DNA of 64,000 bases from Desulfosudaceae bacterium (GCA_963674745.2 CAXXDV010000003.1:2016001-2080000); one strand, 5' to 3'; shown: positions 39,454 through 49,919, counted from the first letter of the stretch. Translations and numbers: made by a program. The notes: a model not told the origin generated them from the sequence alone.

Positions 39454-40932
39454 CTACAGGCAGATCCTGCCCTGGTTGAAAACGTTATGGGGATCAAGGA
39501 TTCCCTTGACCGTTTTTATTGACGCGACCGTGTCCGGGCATCGGGCATAGGCCATTTCGGCCCACGGACCATAAGGCCGGCTGAAAAAAGCACCTTTTTC
39601 GGACATGACCTTGCTTGCTTCGTCAAAAAGATCCTGAGTGCGTTTTTTGTCGTCCGCGTCGTTTTGATCAAAGGGAAGCATGAACTCCAGATGGCAGTTC
39701 CGGCCCTGCTGCACGGGCTGAACGTAAACGCCCGTATCCTTTGCCGGATAACCGTGTGCGTCCGCGAGTCCGCCCATTGTTTCCAGAAAATCGGGCACGC
39801 AATCCATGGTGGTGAGGAAGAAGATCTCCGCGTGCGCCCCTTTGAGGCGGTCTTTCCAATAGGTCTCCGGGCACGGTTCATCAATCATCCGGGCCAGGGA
39901 ATCTCCGCTGGCGCTGCCAAGGTCACGCACCGCTTTTAGATCCAGGTCCTTGGCCAGGGCTGCAATGTCCTGTTCCTGCTGGCGGACCCGCAGCTCCGGA
40001 AACAGCTCGTAACCGGAAACGCAGTAAAACAGGGTCCAAGGGGCCAGCTTTTCCGCCAATCCGCCTATTTTTGCCGTGTCTTTTTCGAGAATGCCCGCCA
40101 GCGCCTGTGCGTTTAAGAGAAACATCTCGTCTCCCAGGCGACGCTGGGTCATGGCATAGGCCAGATCGGTCAGGGGCCCGATTTGCTGGGATGTGACAAA
40201 ATACCCCTTATGAATAGTCGGCAAAACCTCCAGCTTGACGCTGGACCAGGTGACGATGCCCATGGTGCCCTGGGCCCCCTGGATCACGCGCACCAGGTCG
40301 GTCTGGGCCGGCCCCATGGGGTTTTTCTGTGAAGCCCCGGCTTTCCACTGTTCCTCCAGGGAGCCGGGCCCGGCGGCGGCGCCGGTGCGGAACATGTCAC
40401 CGGTGCCGAAAATCGTCTCCACGCACAGCATGGGATCGGTCATGTCCCAGTGATACTTGGGTATGGTGATGGGTTCCCTTTCCAGATAGGCGGCCACAAC
40501 GGACTTGGTCGCGCGGGGCAGAAGCGGCAGAAGGGCCTTCATCCCCAGCTTTTTCGCCTCGGCCTGCAGCGTCCCGAAACAGACCCCGGGCTCGACGATG
40601 GCCACCTTGTTTCTGCGGTTGATACGGGATATGCGGTCCATTTTGCAAAGATCCACGACCACCGAAGGAATGCCCGCCGGAACGCAGCAACCCCGCTGAG
40701 ACCTGGGCGAACCGCTGGAGCACGGAATCAGGTTGGCGCCCGACTCAATCGCCGCCCGCACAACCCCGGCCACCTGTTCGGTGTTTTTCGGCTCGACCGC
40801 ACACAGGGGCGTCTGTCCGGCGACAAAAGCGCCGCCACCGGCATATTCGGAAAGCTTGTCCGGATTTTCATGAAACTGATCCGGGCCTACAGCGGTCTTT
40901 AAAGCCGCCATGATTGTCGTTTCATTTTTCAT
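39454..40932 (-). CDS. VAO/PCMH-type FAD-binding oxidoreductase
   Basis: VEPKNTEQV, IVEPGV, GTGDMFRTG, GAQGTMGIVT, KGILDPHNVFNQG. Confidence 0.85.
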   Translation of the reverse strand: MKNETTIMAALKTAVGPDQFHENPDKLSEYAGGGAFVAGQTPLCAVEPKNTEQVAGVVRAAIESGANLIPCSSGSPRSQRGCCVPAGIPSVVVDLCKMDRISRINRRNKVAIVEPGVCFGTLQAEAKKLGMKALLPLLPRATKSVVAAYLEREPITIPKYHWDMTDPMLCVETIFGTGDMFRTGAAAGPGSLEEQWKAGASQKNPMGPAQTDLVRVIQGAQGTMGIVTWSSVKLEVLPTIHKGYFVTSQQIGPLTDLAYAMTQRRLGDEMFLLNAQALAGILEKDTAKIGGLAEKLAPWTLFYCVSGYELFPELRVRQQEQDIAALAKDLDLKAVRDLGSASGDSLARMIDEPCPETYWKDRLKGAHAEIFFLTTMDCVPDFLETMGGLADAHGYPAKDTGVYVQPVQQGRNCHLEFMLPFDQNDADDKKRTQDLFDEASKVMSEKGAFFSRPYGPWAEMAYARCPDTVASIKTVKGILDPHNVFNQGRICL

Positions 40933-41300
40933 CGGGTCACCTCCCCGAGCTGTGGCGTGTTTTTCATGGCGTCTGCAAAAAATATGCGATACCTGCGCTT
41001 GACGTACGCCATCACCCTGTTCCTTATTCCGGGCCGATCCAGCGCGAAGGCAGCGGCCTTCATCATCGCCGGCCTGGCCACCAGCCGGACAAGGAAAGGG
41101 GGTATGCGTCCCAGGGTTTGCTCCAGGGGGTCCGGATCAGTCCGGTCCAGGCAATCGAACATCTCATAAGGACCAATCCCGAGTTCCTGAAACACGGCCT
41201 CGAGCGCCTGTTCCGTAATGGAAATGATCTTCCCCATGAGGCCCGTTGTGTAGGCCATGCGGGTAATCCGAAAATAATCGGAAGATTCCAGCGGCATCAT
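40929..41300 (-). CDS. Hypothetical protein, first gene of the flavoprotein operon
   Basis: AAGGAG RBS upstream; overlaps the next gene by 4 nt. Confidence 0.55.
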   Translation of the reverse strand: MMPLESSDYFRITRMAYTTGLMGKIISITEQALEAVFQELGIGPYEMFDCLDRTDPDPLEQTLGRIPPFLVRLVARPAMMKAAAFALDRPGIRNRVMAYVKRRYRIFFADAMKNTPQLGEVTR

Positions 41301-41385
41301 TTCATTCTCCTTTATGATCTTTTTTCTTTACCATCCAAATTTCGACTTTCTACGATAACATCACACTGACATGATATTTACCTGA

Positions 41386-41400
41386 GCATTATCCATGCCA
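41386..41400 (-). promoter_or_regulatory. Sigma54 -24/-12 promoter
   Basis: Minus strand TGGCAT-GGATA-ATGC (GG-N10-GC). Confidence 0.72.
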
Positions 41401-41458
41401 AAAAAATAATACTTTTAAAACAAATACTTAAGATTTATGCTTGTTTTTATCTATTAAA

Positions 41459-41498
41459 TATAGTAGGCTGAACCGAAAAATAGCGCAGGCCTACTATA
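41459..41498. promoter_or_regulatory. Inverted repeat, candidate activator-binding site
   Basis: TATAGTAGGC-N20-GCCTACTATA between the sigma54 promoter and the divergent EBP gene. Confidence 0.5.
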
Positions 41499-41550
41499 TA
41501 AGGTAGCTGTGGATATTTTATAAAACAACCGGGAAAGGCACTCACAAAAT

Positions 41551-43614
41551 ATGAAAAACGAACCGTATCAATTATTGGACCGGGTCAGGCAGCGTATTTT
41601 CGAGGAAGAAAATCTTCAATCAGCATTGTCTGATATTTTCAATTTTATTTCAAAATTCGCCCCGATATGGAAAATGGGTTGGCTCCAGTTCCATTCTGAT
41701 TACCAATTGGTGCGGTTTATCGCCCAGGCCCTGGATACCGGCGGGGAAATCACCAACTTCATGTACGATACGCCCAAAGAGGTATTGGAATTTATATGCA
41801 GCGAGGCCAATCCTGACATTAAAATTGTAAACGATCCCGAAAAAGACCTTGTCGGTATCGAGCTGTCAAAACGCGCCAGATCTGTTGATTATTCCTGCCT
41901 GATTATAAATTTTAAAAACGCTACCGGTGTTTATGCCTCTGTAATGATCATTGCCCAGGGAAAGGATAAATTCACCGAAGACCATTCACGCCTGCTTGTT
42001 ACGGTGAAAGAGCCCCTGCAACTGGTTTTGGACACCCTGATCAAAGGCCACGAAAAGAAAAATCTGCATCCTTCCCAAAAAGAGCCTGTGGACGATAAGA
42101 ACGAATTTTTCCGCCAGGTCACCCGGCGGTTATGCGGCCACCTTGACCTGCAAACCGGCGTAACCCATTGTCTTCAATATCTAAGCCGGTTTCTGCCCGC
42201 CGAGGGGCTCCATGTCAGGCAGACGGAGCCGGGTTTGCTTTCGGAACGTGGACTGGCCGAAAGCTATGGCTTTTTTTTCCCGAAGTCAGAAGCCCTCCTC
42301 CCCATGATCACGGAAGAACCGCCATTCCTCGAGGGCGGGGAATTTCTGCGAACCCACATTATCAATGAGATTGAGCGCCACCCTTTGGCAAAAATCCTTT
42401 CTCAATTTTTCGGGCATGACACGTCTTATATTTACATGCCCCTCATCCACAAACAAACCCGGATCGGCATTGCGGTTTTGGGGTTGGAAGGCAGGAACCG
42501 GTATACAGAAGCGCACATGAAACTTTTTGAAATGCTTCACGATCCATTTGTTCTCGCGCTTTCAAACAATATCAAACACCGTGAAGTAATTCGCCTTAAG
42601 AACATCATTGAATCTGAAAAAAAGGACCTGCAGCAAGAATTACAGGACACAAGAAGCCAGACGATTATCGGTTCCGGCTTAGGCCTAAAAGGCGTTCTTG
42701 AGACCGCCCGCCTCGTGGCCGGGCAGGAAAGCCCGGTCCTGCTGACCGGAGAAACCGGTGCGGGAAAGGAAGTGGTGGCCAATTTCATCCACCGGAGTTC
42801 TTCCCGAAAAGACGGCCCTTTAATCAAGGTCAATTGCGGGGCCATACCGGATACACTGGTGGACAGCGAGCTGTTCGGCCATGAGAAAGGGGCTTTCACC
42901 GGCGCGGCGAGCCGGAAGAAAGGCCGATTTGAAAGGGCCAACGGCGGCACCATTTTCCTGGACGAAATCGGGGAACTGTCTCCACAGGTCCAGGTTCGCC
43001 TGCTCCGGGTGCTCCAGAATAAAATTATTGAGCGGGTTGGCGGGACGGATACCATACCGGTTGATATCCGCGTCATCGCCGCCACCCACCGCAACCTCGA
43101 GGAAATGGTGGCCGAAGGCAAATTCCGGGAAGATCTGTGGTTTCGCCTGAATGTGTTCCCCCTAAGGATCCCCCCCCTGCGCTCGAGACGATCGGATATA
43201 CCGGCCCTGGTGGATTATTTCATTGAAAAAAAATCCCGGGAGTTGAATCTGCACGAGAAGCCGTCACTGTTGCCGGAAGCCATGAGGCGTTTGACCGTTT
43301 ACGATTGGCCGGGAAATGTCAGAGAACTGGAAAATGTGATTGAAAGAGAATTGATCCTGAGCAAGGGGAAGCCGCTGACGTTTCAGTATGTCATCCAACA
43401 GGCTGTTACCGACAAGACCCCGGGAAACGGCATTGAGGGTGATGGCTTCCCGGATTTGGATGAAGTTAATATCAGGCACATAAAAAAAGCGCTGGCCCTT
43501 TCCCAGGGTAAAGTAGAGGGCCCGGGCGGCGCCGCCGAACTGCTGAATGTAAAACCCAACACGCTTCGCGGCAGAATGAAAAAACTGGGAATACCTTATG
43601 GCTGGAAGAGATAA
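41551..43614 (+). CDS. Sigma54-dependent activator with duplicated GAF-like N-terminal domains
   Basis: [44 protein letters not shown]; two similar N-terminal repeats (FTEDHSRLL / YTEAHMKLF). Confidence 0.9.
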   Translation: MKNEPYQLLDRVRQRIFEEENLQSALSDIFNFISKFAPIWKMGWLQFHSDYQLVRFIAQALDTGGEITNFMYDTPKEVLEFICSEANPDIKIVNDPEKDLVGIELSKRARSVDYSCLIINFKNATGVYASVMIIAQGKDKFTEDHSRLLVTVKEPLQLVLDTLIKGHEKKNLHPSQKEPVDDKNEFFRQVTRRLCGHLDLQTGVTHCLQYLSRFLPAEGLHVRQTEPGLLSERGLAESYGFFFPKSEALLPMITEEPPFLEGGEFLRTHIINEIERHPLAKILSQFFGHDTSYIYMPLIHKQTRIGIAVLGLEGRNRYTEAHMKLFEMLHDPFVLALSNNIKHREVIRLKNIIESEKKDLQQELQDTRSQTIIGSGLGLKGVLETARLVAGQESPVLLTGETGAGKEVVANFIHRSSSRKDGPLIKVNCGAIPDTLVDSELFGHEKGAFTGAASRKKGRFERANGGTIFLDEIGELSPQVQVRLLRVLQNKIIERVGGTDTIPVDIRVIAATHRNLEEMVAEGKFREDLWFRLNVFPLRIPPLRSRRSDIPALVDYFIEKKSRELNLHEKPSLLPEAMRRLTVYDWPGNVRELENVIERELILSKGKPLTFQYVIQQAVTDKTPGNGIEGDGFPDLDEVNIRHIKKALALSQGKVEGPGGAAELLNVKPNTLRGRMKKLGIPYGWKR

Positions 43615-43625
43615 GATAACATGTT

Positions 43626-45383
43626 TTAATGATAGTGGATATCAAACCGTTTCATTTTCCGCCACAGCGTCGTCCGGTCTATTCCCAGTGCCGTGGCCGT
43701 CTTTTTCTTGCTTCCCTGAAATTGTTTTAAAAAAAAGATAATACGTTCAGCTTCAGCCTTTCCTGCTTCAGACATCAGTTTGTTTTTATCCGGCAAGGTA
43801 AATTCCGGATTATTCCATGTTCGCTGCTGGAGATGGGGCGGCAGGACTTCCGGGGTAATGGTCTTTTCCTGACAGATGATCAGCGCATGCTCCAGTATAT
43901 TCTCCAATTCCCTGACATTTCCGGGATACTGGTAGTTAAGTAGCAGTGCCATGGCAGCCTCGTCTATTCCGGGGGATTCATAACCCTTGATTGTACAGAG
44001 CCTTCTTAAAATGTGATTGATCAAAAGCGGCAGATCCGCTTTCCGGTCCACAAGATTGGGAAGTGTAATACAGAGCACATTGAGGCGGTAGTAAAGATCT
44101 TTCCTGAATTTTTTCTTTTTGACAAGTGCTTCAAGCCCCCGATTGGTCGCCGAAATAATTCTGACATCCACTTTTTCGATATGGCGGCTGCCAAGCGGAT
44201 AATATTCCCTATCCTCCAGAACCCTGAGCAGTTTTGCCTGCAGCTCGAAAGAGATATCCCCGATTTCATCCAGGAAAATCGTGCCGTGATTGGCCTCATG
44301 GAATCGTCCGGGTTTATTCTGTGTTGCACCGGTAAACGCACCTTTGACATAGCCGAACATTTCAGATTCCAACAGATGATCGGGGATGGCGGCACAGTTC
44401 ACCTTGATAAACGGTTGATTCGCCCTTCGGCTGGCAGAGTGAAGCACCTTGGCCATCATATCCTTGCCCGTGCCGGTGCTCCCCTCGATCAAGATTGTTG
44501 CATCCGTGGCTGCAACAACGGAGGCTTTTTCAAAAATTTGCTGCATGACGGGAGCTTTTCCGATCATATCATAAAAAGAATAGTTTTTTTCAATCATCTG
44601 ACTGACCTGTCGGACCAGGGTCAAATCCCGTAAAGTTGCAAGTCCGCCGACAATCATATTCTTTTCATTTTTCAGGGGTATAAACGAGGTTTGAACCGGA
44701 ATTTTTTCACCCACACTGCTTGAAATACGGGAAGTCTGGTTCATCAGGGTTTCGCCGCTCCGTATGGTTTTGTTGACTAAAGCGTTGCAGATCTGATCAT
44801 CTCCGGTAAAAATTTTAAAACAGTTTTTTCCCAGAACCTGGCGGCGGTGATATCCGGTTATTTCCTCGGCGGCACGGTTGAAAAAGGTTAAATGTCCGCC
44901 TTTGTTGACGGTGAAAATACCGGTGTCAATGGCGTCAAAAATCATTTTCAAGGTCCGCTCCTGATGTTCCACCCGTTGAATGAGTTCGGTAAGGGCAGAA
45001 TGATCCTGCAGCACGGTGAAACATCCTTTAACCGTCCTGTCCGGAGTGAAAAGAGGCACGACAAACCGGGTCACCATGTGCCTGCTGCCATGTCGGTCAA
45101 TAATTTCCAAATCCGGACACTCTTCTCCATAATTCGGGCACTCTTCTCCAGAATGAGGGCTGCCCTGTAACGGGCAGTGACCATGACAGGGGATCGAGCA
45201 GCACAGTTTCTGGCAGGTCTTGTCTGCAAGTGACGTTTTATCAACGCCCATGATCAGACCGGCACTGTGATTCAGATCTGCGACCTTTCTATCCGCTGCA
45301 ATAAAGGCACCGATGGACAGATAGTCAAAAATTTTAAACACTTTTTTGACCATGGTCCTGAATTCCGGATGATCGATAAACAT
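43626..45383 (-). CDS. Sigma54-dependent activator (PAS-PAS-AAA+-HTH), no receiver domain
   Basis: FNRAAEEITGY PAS; GSTGTGKD, EMFGYVKGAFTGA, YPGNVRELEN, ALGIDRTTLWRK. Confidence 0.92.
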   Translation of the reverse strand: MFIDHPEFRTMVKKVFKIFDYLSIGAFIAADRKVADLNHSAGLIMGVDKTSLADKTCQKLCCSIPCHGHCPLQGSPHSGEECPNYGEECPDLEIIDRHGSRHMVTRFVVPLFTPDRTVKGCFTVLQDHSALTELIQRVEHQERTLKMIFDAIDTGIFTVNKGGHLTFFNRAAEEITGYHRRQVLGKNCFKIFTGDDQICNALVNKTIRSGETLMNQTSRISSSVGEKIPVQTSFIPLKNEKNMIVGGLATLRDLTLVRQVSQMIEKNYSFYDMIGKAPVMQQIFEKASVVAATDATILIEGSTGTGKDMMAKVLHSASRRANQPFIKVNCAAIPDHLLESEMFGYVKGAFTGATQNKPGRFHEANHGTIFLDEIGDISFELQAKLLRVLEDREYYPLGSRHIEKVDVRIISATNRGLEALVKKKKFRKDLYYRLNVLCITLPNLVDRKADLPLLINHILRRLCTIKGYESPGIDEAAMALLLNYQYPGNVRELENILEHALIICQEKTITPEVLPPHLQQRTWNNPEFTLPDKNKLMSEAGKAEAERIIFFLKQFQGSKKKTATALGIDRTTLWRKMKRFDIHYH

Positions 45384-45574
45384 AATTCATCTCCCACAAA
45401 TGCTGCATGGCGTTGCAAAATATTGCATACATGTTGCGCAACAGGTGAAGTCACTGCAATATCATAAAATATTTTCGATTATCGTAACCGAAATGTTGCA
45501 TATGGGCAACACATATCCTAAGAAAACAGACCTGCTTCATCCCTTAACGCCTGAACCCCGCGCTATTTCGGCGC

Positions 45575-45589
45575 TGGCACGATCCATGC
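45575..45589 (+). promoter_or_regulatory. Sigma54 -24/-12 promoter of the hdr operon
   Basis: TGGCAC-GATCC-ATGC (GG-N10-GC); upstream TGTTGC...GCAACA palindromes at about 45442-45453 and 45494-45511 are candidate activator sites. Confidence 0.75.
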
Positions 45590-45607
45590 GTATACAAAAA
45601 GTCCATT

Positions 45608-46045
45608 ATGGAGAACTCACCAAACATACTGATCCTTTCCGAGGCCATGGAGCTTCGATTTTTTCTTGAGACAGTGCTGACAGAAGCGCATTACCGTACG
45701 ACCAGCGCAGTAAATATGGAGGAAGCACTGGAGCAGGTTGTCCGGGACACGCCGGCAATGGTTCTCATTGATGTGATGTCCAGCAAGCAGGGAATCTCCA
45801 TGTACAGGCAGCTCCGGCGACATGAAAAATATAAATTTATCCCGGTGATCATGCTTTCCTCGTTGGCAAGGGAAGCTTTTTTTCAGCTGCACAACATTGA
45901 ATACAGTCTTCCGAAAAAAGGGTTGCCCAAACCCGACGACTACCTGCCCAAACCCCCGGAAGCAGAAGAACTGATAGACGCGATTAAAAAAATATTCAAG
46001 GACAAGTCAACCCCTGGCAACAAAGGAAAAAGAACATGCAATTGA
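45608..46045 (+). CDS. Stand-alone, atypical response-regulator receiver protein
   Basis: VLIDVM phospho-Asp, IPVIMLSS and YLPKP retained; the beta1 acidic pair is SE instead of DD. Confidence 0.78.
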   Translation: MENSPNILILSEAMELRFFLETVLTEAHYRTTSAVNMEEALEQVVRDTPAMVLIDVMSSKQGISMYRQLRRHEKYKFIPVIMLSSLAREAFFQLHNIEYSLPKKGLPKPDDYLPKPPEAEELIDAIKKIFKDKSTPGNKGKRTCN

Positions 46046-49000
46046 AGATCGGCTGTTATATCTGTCATTGCGGCATTAACATTGCCCATCGGGTGGATGT
46101 GGTGGAGGTGGCGAGGTTTGCAGGCACACTGGAAGGCGTTGTCATTGCCAGAGACTATAAATTCATGTGCTCTGATCCCGGCCAGGAAATGATCGAGGCA
46201 GATATTCATGAATTCGGACTGAACCGTGTAGTGGTGGCGTCCTGCTCTCCCAGACTCCATGAAAAAACCTTCCAGAGTGCTTGCAAGCGGGCCGGCATCA
46301 ACCCTTATCTTTTCCAGATGGCATCAATCCGGGAACAGGTTTCATGGGTGACGCTGGACGATGAAGAAGCGACGCGCAAAGCGAAAACCCTGGTTGCCGG
46401 TGCGGTCAACCGGGTCAAGGCCCATAACAGTCTTGAAACCCGGCATGTCAATGTCCATCCGGACATCATGGTCGTCGGCGGGGGCATTGCCGGCATGCAG
46501 GCGGCCCTGGATATCGGCAACAGCGGACATACCACCTACCTGGTGGAAAAATCCACGACCATCGGCGGCCACATGCTTCAATTCGATAAAACATTTCCAA
46601 CCCTGGACTGTGCGGCCTGCATCGGTACGCCGAAAATGGTGGAAGTGGCCCAGAATGCAAATATCGAGCTGCTTTCCTATTCGGAAGTAACCGGCGTTTC
46701 CGGCTACATCGGCAATTATGAGGTAACCATCCGGAGACGGCCACGGTATATCAAAGAAGATCTGTGCACCGGATGCGGAGAATGTACAAAAGCCTGTCCG
46801 GTCAGCTTTCCAAGTGAATGGGACGAATGCCTCCAGGACCGGAAAGCCATTTACAGGGCGTTTCCGCAGGCAGTCCCCATTACGTACTGTATCGACAAAC
46901 TTGATCCGGCTCCCTGCGTGCAGACCTGCCCGGCCCATGCGAATGTCCAGGGGTATATCCAGCTCATAAAAAAAGGTGAATACGAAAAAGCGGTCCGCCT
47001 GATCATGGAACGGATTCCATTACCCGGTGTTCTGGGGCGGGTCTGCCCGCATCCCTGTGAATCAGCCTGTCGCAGGGGCGATCTGGACACACCTCTTGCC
47101 ATCCGGGATTTGAAACGGTTCGCCGCAGACCAGGTGGACATGGAAACACTGGCAGTCCCTGAAATATCAGAACTGGGCAGAAAAATCGCTGTGATCGGCT
47201 CCGGGCCGGCCGGTTTGACAGCCGCCTATGATCTGCGGTTGAAAGGCTATGATGTTACCATTTTTGAAGCAGCCGGTCTTCCCGGCGGCATGCTGCGCAG
47301 CGGCATACCCGATTACCGCCTGCCGCAGGAAATACTGGATAAAGAGATCGGTTATATCCAGCGAATGGGCATTCGGATTGAAACCGGAAAAGCCCTGGGA
47401 AAACACGTCTTGACAGAACAGCTGAAATCTGACGGATTCGAGGCGGTTTTTCTCGGGATCGGTGCTCAGGGCGGCATGGCTCTGGATATTCAAGGTGAAA
47501 ACAGTCCCGGTGTAACAGATGCGATTCATTTTCTCCGGCAGGTCAGTCTCGGGAGCAGAGAGACGCCTGGCCGTATGGTAGCCATAATCGGTGGCGGTAA
47601 TGTGGCTGTTGATGCCGCCCGGACAGCCATTCGCCTGGGCGCGGAAGAAGTCATTCTGGCTTATCGTCGAACACGGGAGGAAATGCCGGCTTATGAGGAC
47701 GAAATCGAAGGCGCCCTGGCAGAGGGCGTGATATTGAGGCCGCTGGTGACACCTCTTGAGATCATTAAAAAAGACGGTCGCTGTGCGGGAATCCGGTGTG
47801 TGGAAAACCGCCTTGGTGACCCGGATGAAAGCGGCCGAAGGCGGCCGGAGCCTGTTGAAGGATCAGAATTCATACTGGCCTGTGACAGTGTAATCACTGC
47901 CATCGGTCAGGCCATTCTGCTGCCTGAAGATGCCACATTAAAAGAAATCGGTTTTGACCGCCGCAACCGCATCCGGGTCAATCCTGATACGCTCCAAACC
48001 GACATTGAATGGCTTTTTGCAGGCGGAGACATGGTCAGCGGACCCGCAACCGTTGTAGGAGCAGTATCCGGAGGACACCGGGCTGCCCATGCCATCCATC
48101 ATTATCTCTCAGGAAAGGATATGACGGAACTGCAGGGCTTCTTTGAATCTACAAAATCGATTGAAGAGAGTAACTATAAAGAGATACCGGCAAATGCAGC
48201 AATCTTAGAGCGGCAGGAATTAACCCACAGGGATGCCGGAAAACGGAAACACGATTTCAATGAAGAAACTGTCGGGTTTGATGCCGAGGGGGCAAAAGCC
48301 GAAGCTGAGCGTTGCCTGAACTGTCAGGGATGTTGTGAATGTATGGAATGTGTCCGGGCCTGTGAAGCAAAGGCCATTGATCATCTTATGAAACCTGAAG
48401 AAAAGACAGTCAAAGTCGGTTCCATTATCCTGACCACAGGCTATGATGTTCTGGACCCCACTGCCATGAAGCAATTTGGTTACGGCACTTTCCCCAATGT
48501 CTATACCAGTCTTGAATTTGAACGCCTTTCCAATGCCACCGGACCCACGGGCGGAGAAATCCTGATCCGGGACGACACCGGCGCTTTTGCCAGGGAGCCT
48601 AAAAGTGTGGCGCTACTGCACTGTATCGGCAGTCGGGATGCGAACTACCATGAATACTGTTCCCGTGTCTGCTGCATGTATGCGTTAAAATATTCCCACC
48701 TGATAAAGGAAAAAGTCGGGCATGACGCGGAGGTGTATGATTTTTACATTGATATGCGTTGCTTCGGAAAGGGATATGAAGAATTTTACCGCCGGTGCCA
48801 GGAAGAAGGCACCCATTTTATCCGCGGCAAGGCATCAGAAATTACGGACCAGGCGGAATCACCGGAAGAGGAAGGAAAGCTTGTGGTGATCGGTGAAGAT
48901 ACGCTTCTCTCCAGCCTGGTCCGCATTCCTGTGGATATGGTGGTGCTCTGTGTGGCCATGCAGGCCAGGGATGATGCCAGAGATGTCGGTCGAATTTTTG

Positions 49001-49455
49001 GTGTAAACCAGGGTTCGGACGGTTTTTTCCTTGAAGAACATCCCAAGCTGGGTCCGTTGAACACAGCGACGGACGGCGTTTTTATCGCCGGCGCCTGCCA
49101 GTCGCCGAAAGATGTCCCGGATACGGTGGCCCAGGCCTCTGGCGCCGCTGCAAAAGCCCTGTCGCTGGCATCCAGGGGCCAGGTCCAGGTATCATCAACC
49201 ATCTCCTGGATTGATCCGGATATCTGTGCCGGTTGTCAGATCTGCAGGCCTTTATGCCCGTATTCCGCTATTGAATTTGACGAACGCCGCAGGGTGTCCG
49301 TCGTCAATGAAGCCATCTGTAAAGGCTGTGGTTCATGCGCCGGGGCATGCCCGTCGGGCGCAGCCCAGGTCCGGCATTTTACGAAAAAACAAATGTTTTT
49401 AGAGTTTGAAGGTATTATGGCTGCCCTGAATAAGGTCCAGGCGCCGGCACAATAA
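46036..49455 (+). CDS. hdrA: HdrA-like subunit with an inserted GltD/NAD(P)H-binding flavin module (HdrL-type)
   Basis: ICHCGINI, VVASCSP, GGGIAG, DKTFPTLDCAAC, LEFER, YCSRVCCMYALK, YIDMRCFGK; insert GRVCPHPCE..C, GSGPAG, GGGNVAVDAAR, YRR. Confidence 0.9.
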   Translation: MQLKIGCYICHCGINIAHRVDVVEVARFAGTLEGVVIARDYKFMCSDPGQEMIEADIHEFGLNRVVVASCSPRLHEKTFQSACKRAGINPYLFQMASIREQVSWVTLDDEEATRKAKTLVAGAVNRVKAHNSLETRHVNVHPDIMVVGGGIAGMQAALDIGNSGHTTYLVEKSTTIGGHMLQFDKTFPTLDCAACIGTPKMVEVAQNANIELLSYSEVTGVSGYIGNYEVTIRRRPRYIKEDLCTGCGECTKACPVSFPSEWDECLQDRKAIYRAFPQAVPITYCIDKLDPAPCVQTCPAHANVQGYIQLIKKGEYEKAVRLIMERIPLPGVLGRVCPHPCESACRRGDLDTPLAIRDLKRFAADQVDMETLAVPEISELGRKIAVIGSGPAGLTAAYDLRLKGYDVTIFEAAGLPGGMLRSGIPDYRLPQEILDKEIGYIQRMGIRIETGKALGKHVLTEQLKSDGFEAVFLGIGAQGGMALDIQGENSPGVTDAIHFLRQVSLGSRETPGRMVAIIGGGNVAVDAARTAIRLGAEEVILAYRRTREEMPAYEDEIEGALAEGVILRPLVTPLEIIKKDGRCAGIRCVENRLGDPDESGRRRPEPVEGSEFILACDSVITAIGQAILLPEDATLKEIGFDRRNRIRVNPDTLQTDIEWLFAGGDMVSGPATVVGAVSGGHRAAHAIHHYLSGKDMTELQGFFESTKSIEESNYKEIPANAAILERQELTHRDAGKRKHDFNEETVGFDAEGAKAEAERCLNCQGCCECMECVRACEAKAIDHLMKPEEKTVKVGSIILTTGYDVLDPTAMKQFGYGTFPNVYTSLEFERLSNATGPTGGEILIRDDTGAFAREPKSVALLHCIGSRDANYHEYCSRVCCMYALKYSHLIKEKVGHDAEVYDFYIDMRCFGKGYEEFYRRCQEEGTHFIRGKASEITDQAESPEEEGKLVVIGEDTLLSSLVRIPVDMVVLCVAMQARDDARDVGRIFGVNQGSDGFFLEEHPKLGPLNTATDGVFIAGACQSPKDVPDTVAQASGAAAKALSLASRGQVQVSSTISWIDPDICAGCQICRPLCPYSAIEFDERRRVSVVNEAICKGCGSCAGACPSGAAQVRHFTKKQMFLEFEGIMAALNKVQAPAQ

Positions 49456-49481
49456 CTTTTTGAGACAAGAGAGGACGTTTT

Positions 49482-49904
49482 ATGAGTGAATTCAATCCCC
49501 TGATTATCGCTTTTGTCTGCAACTGGTGTACCTATACAGCTGCAGATCTGGCCGGTACATCCCGCCTGAATTATCCGGACAACATCCGACTGATGCGTGT
49601 GATGTGTACCGGCATGGTGGACCCACAATATGTCATTAAGGCTTTTCTGGAAGGCGCGGACATGGTTTTGGTCAGTGGTTGCCATCCGGGCGATTGCCAC
49701 TATATCAACGGCAATTACAAGGCACGGCGCCGGATAAAACTGCTTCAGGAGATCCTGCCCGTGCTCGGTATTGAAAAAGAACGACTGAAACTGACCTGGA
49801 TCGGGGCCAGTGACGGCATCCAATTCGCACGTACCATGGAAGAACTGGTGGTTCAGGCAAAAAATCTGGGGCCCGGCCCGGGACGGCAGCAAATTGCCGT
49901 CTGA
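49482..49904 (+). CDS. mvhD: MvhD/FlxD-type [2Fe-2S] subunit
   Basis: FVCNWCTYTAADLAG, RVMCTG, GCHPGDCHY. Confidence 0.92.
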   Translation: MSEFNPLIIAFVCNWCTYTAADLAGTSRLNYPDNIRLMRVMCTGMVDPQYVIKAFLEGADMVLVSGCHPGDCHYINGNYKARRRIKLLQEILPVLGIEKERLKLTWIGASDGIQFARTMEELVVQAKNLGPGPGRQQIAV

Positions 49905-49919
49905 TCAGGAGGAAAACAA

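Noticed and set aside
46036..49904. Selenocysteine recoding in HdrA or MvhD
   Set aside because: The usual Sec positions are Cys codons (TLDCAAC, CNWCTY, GCHPGDCHY) and the ORFs are uninterrupted
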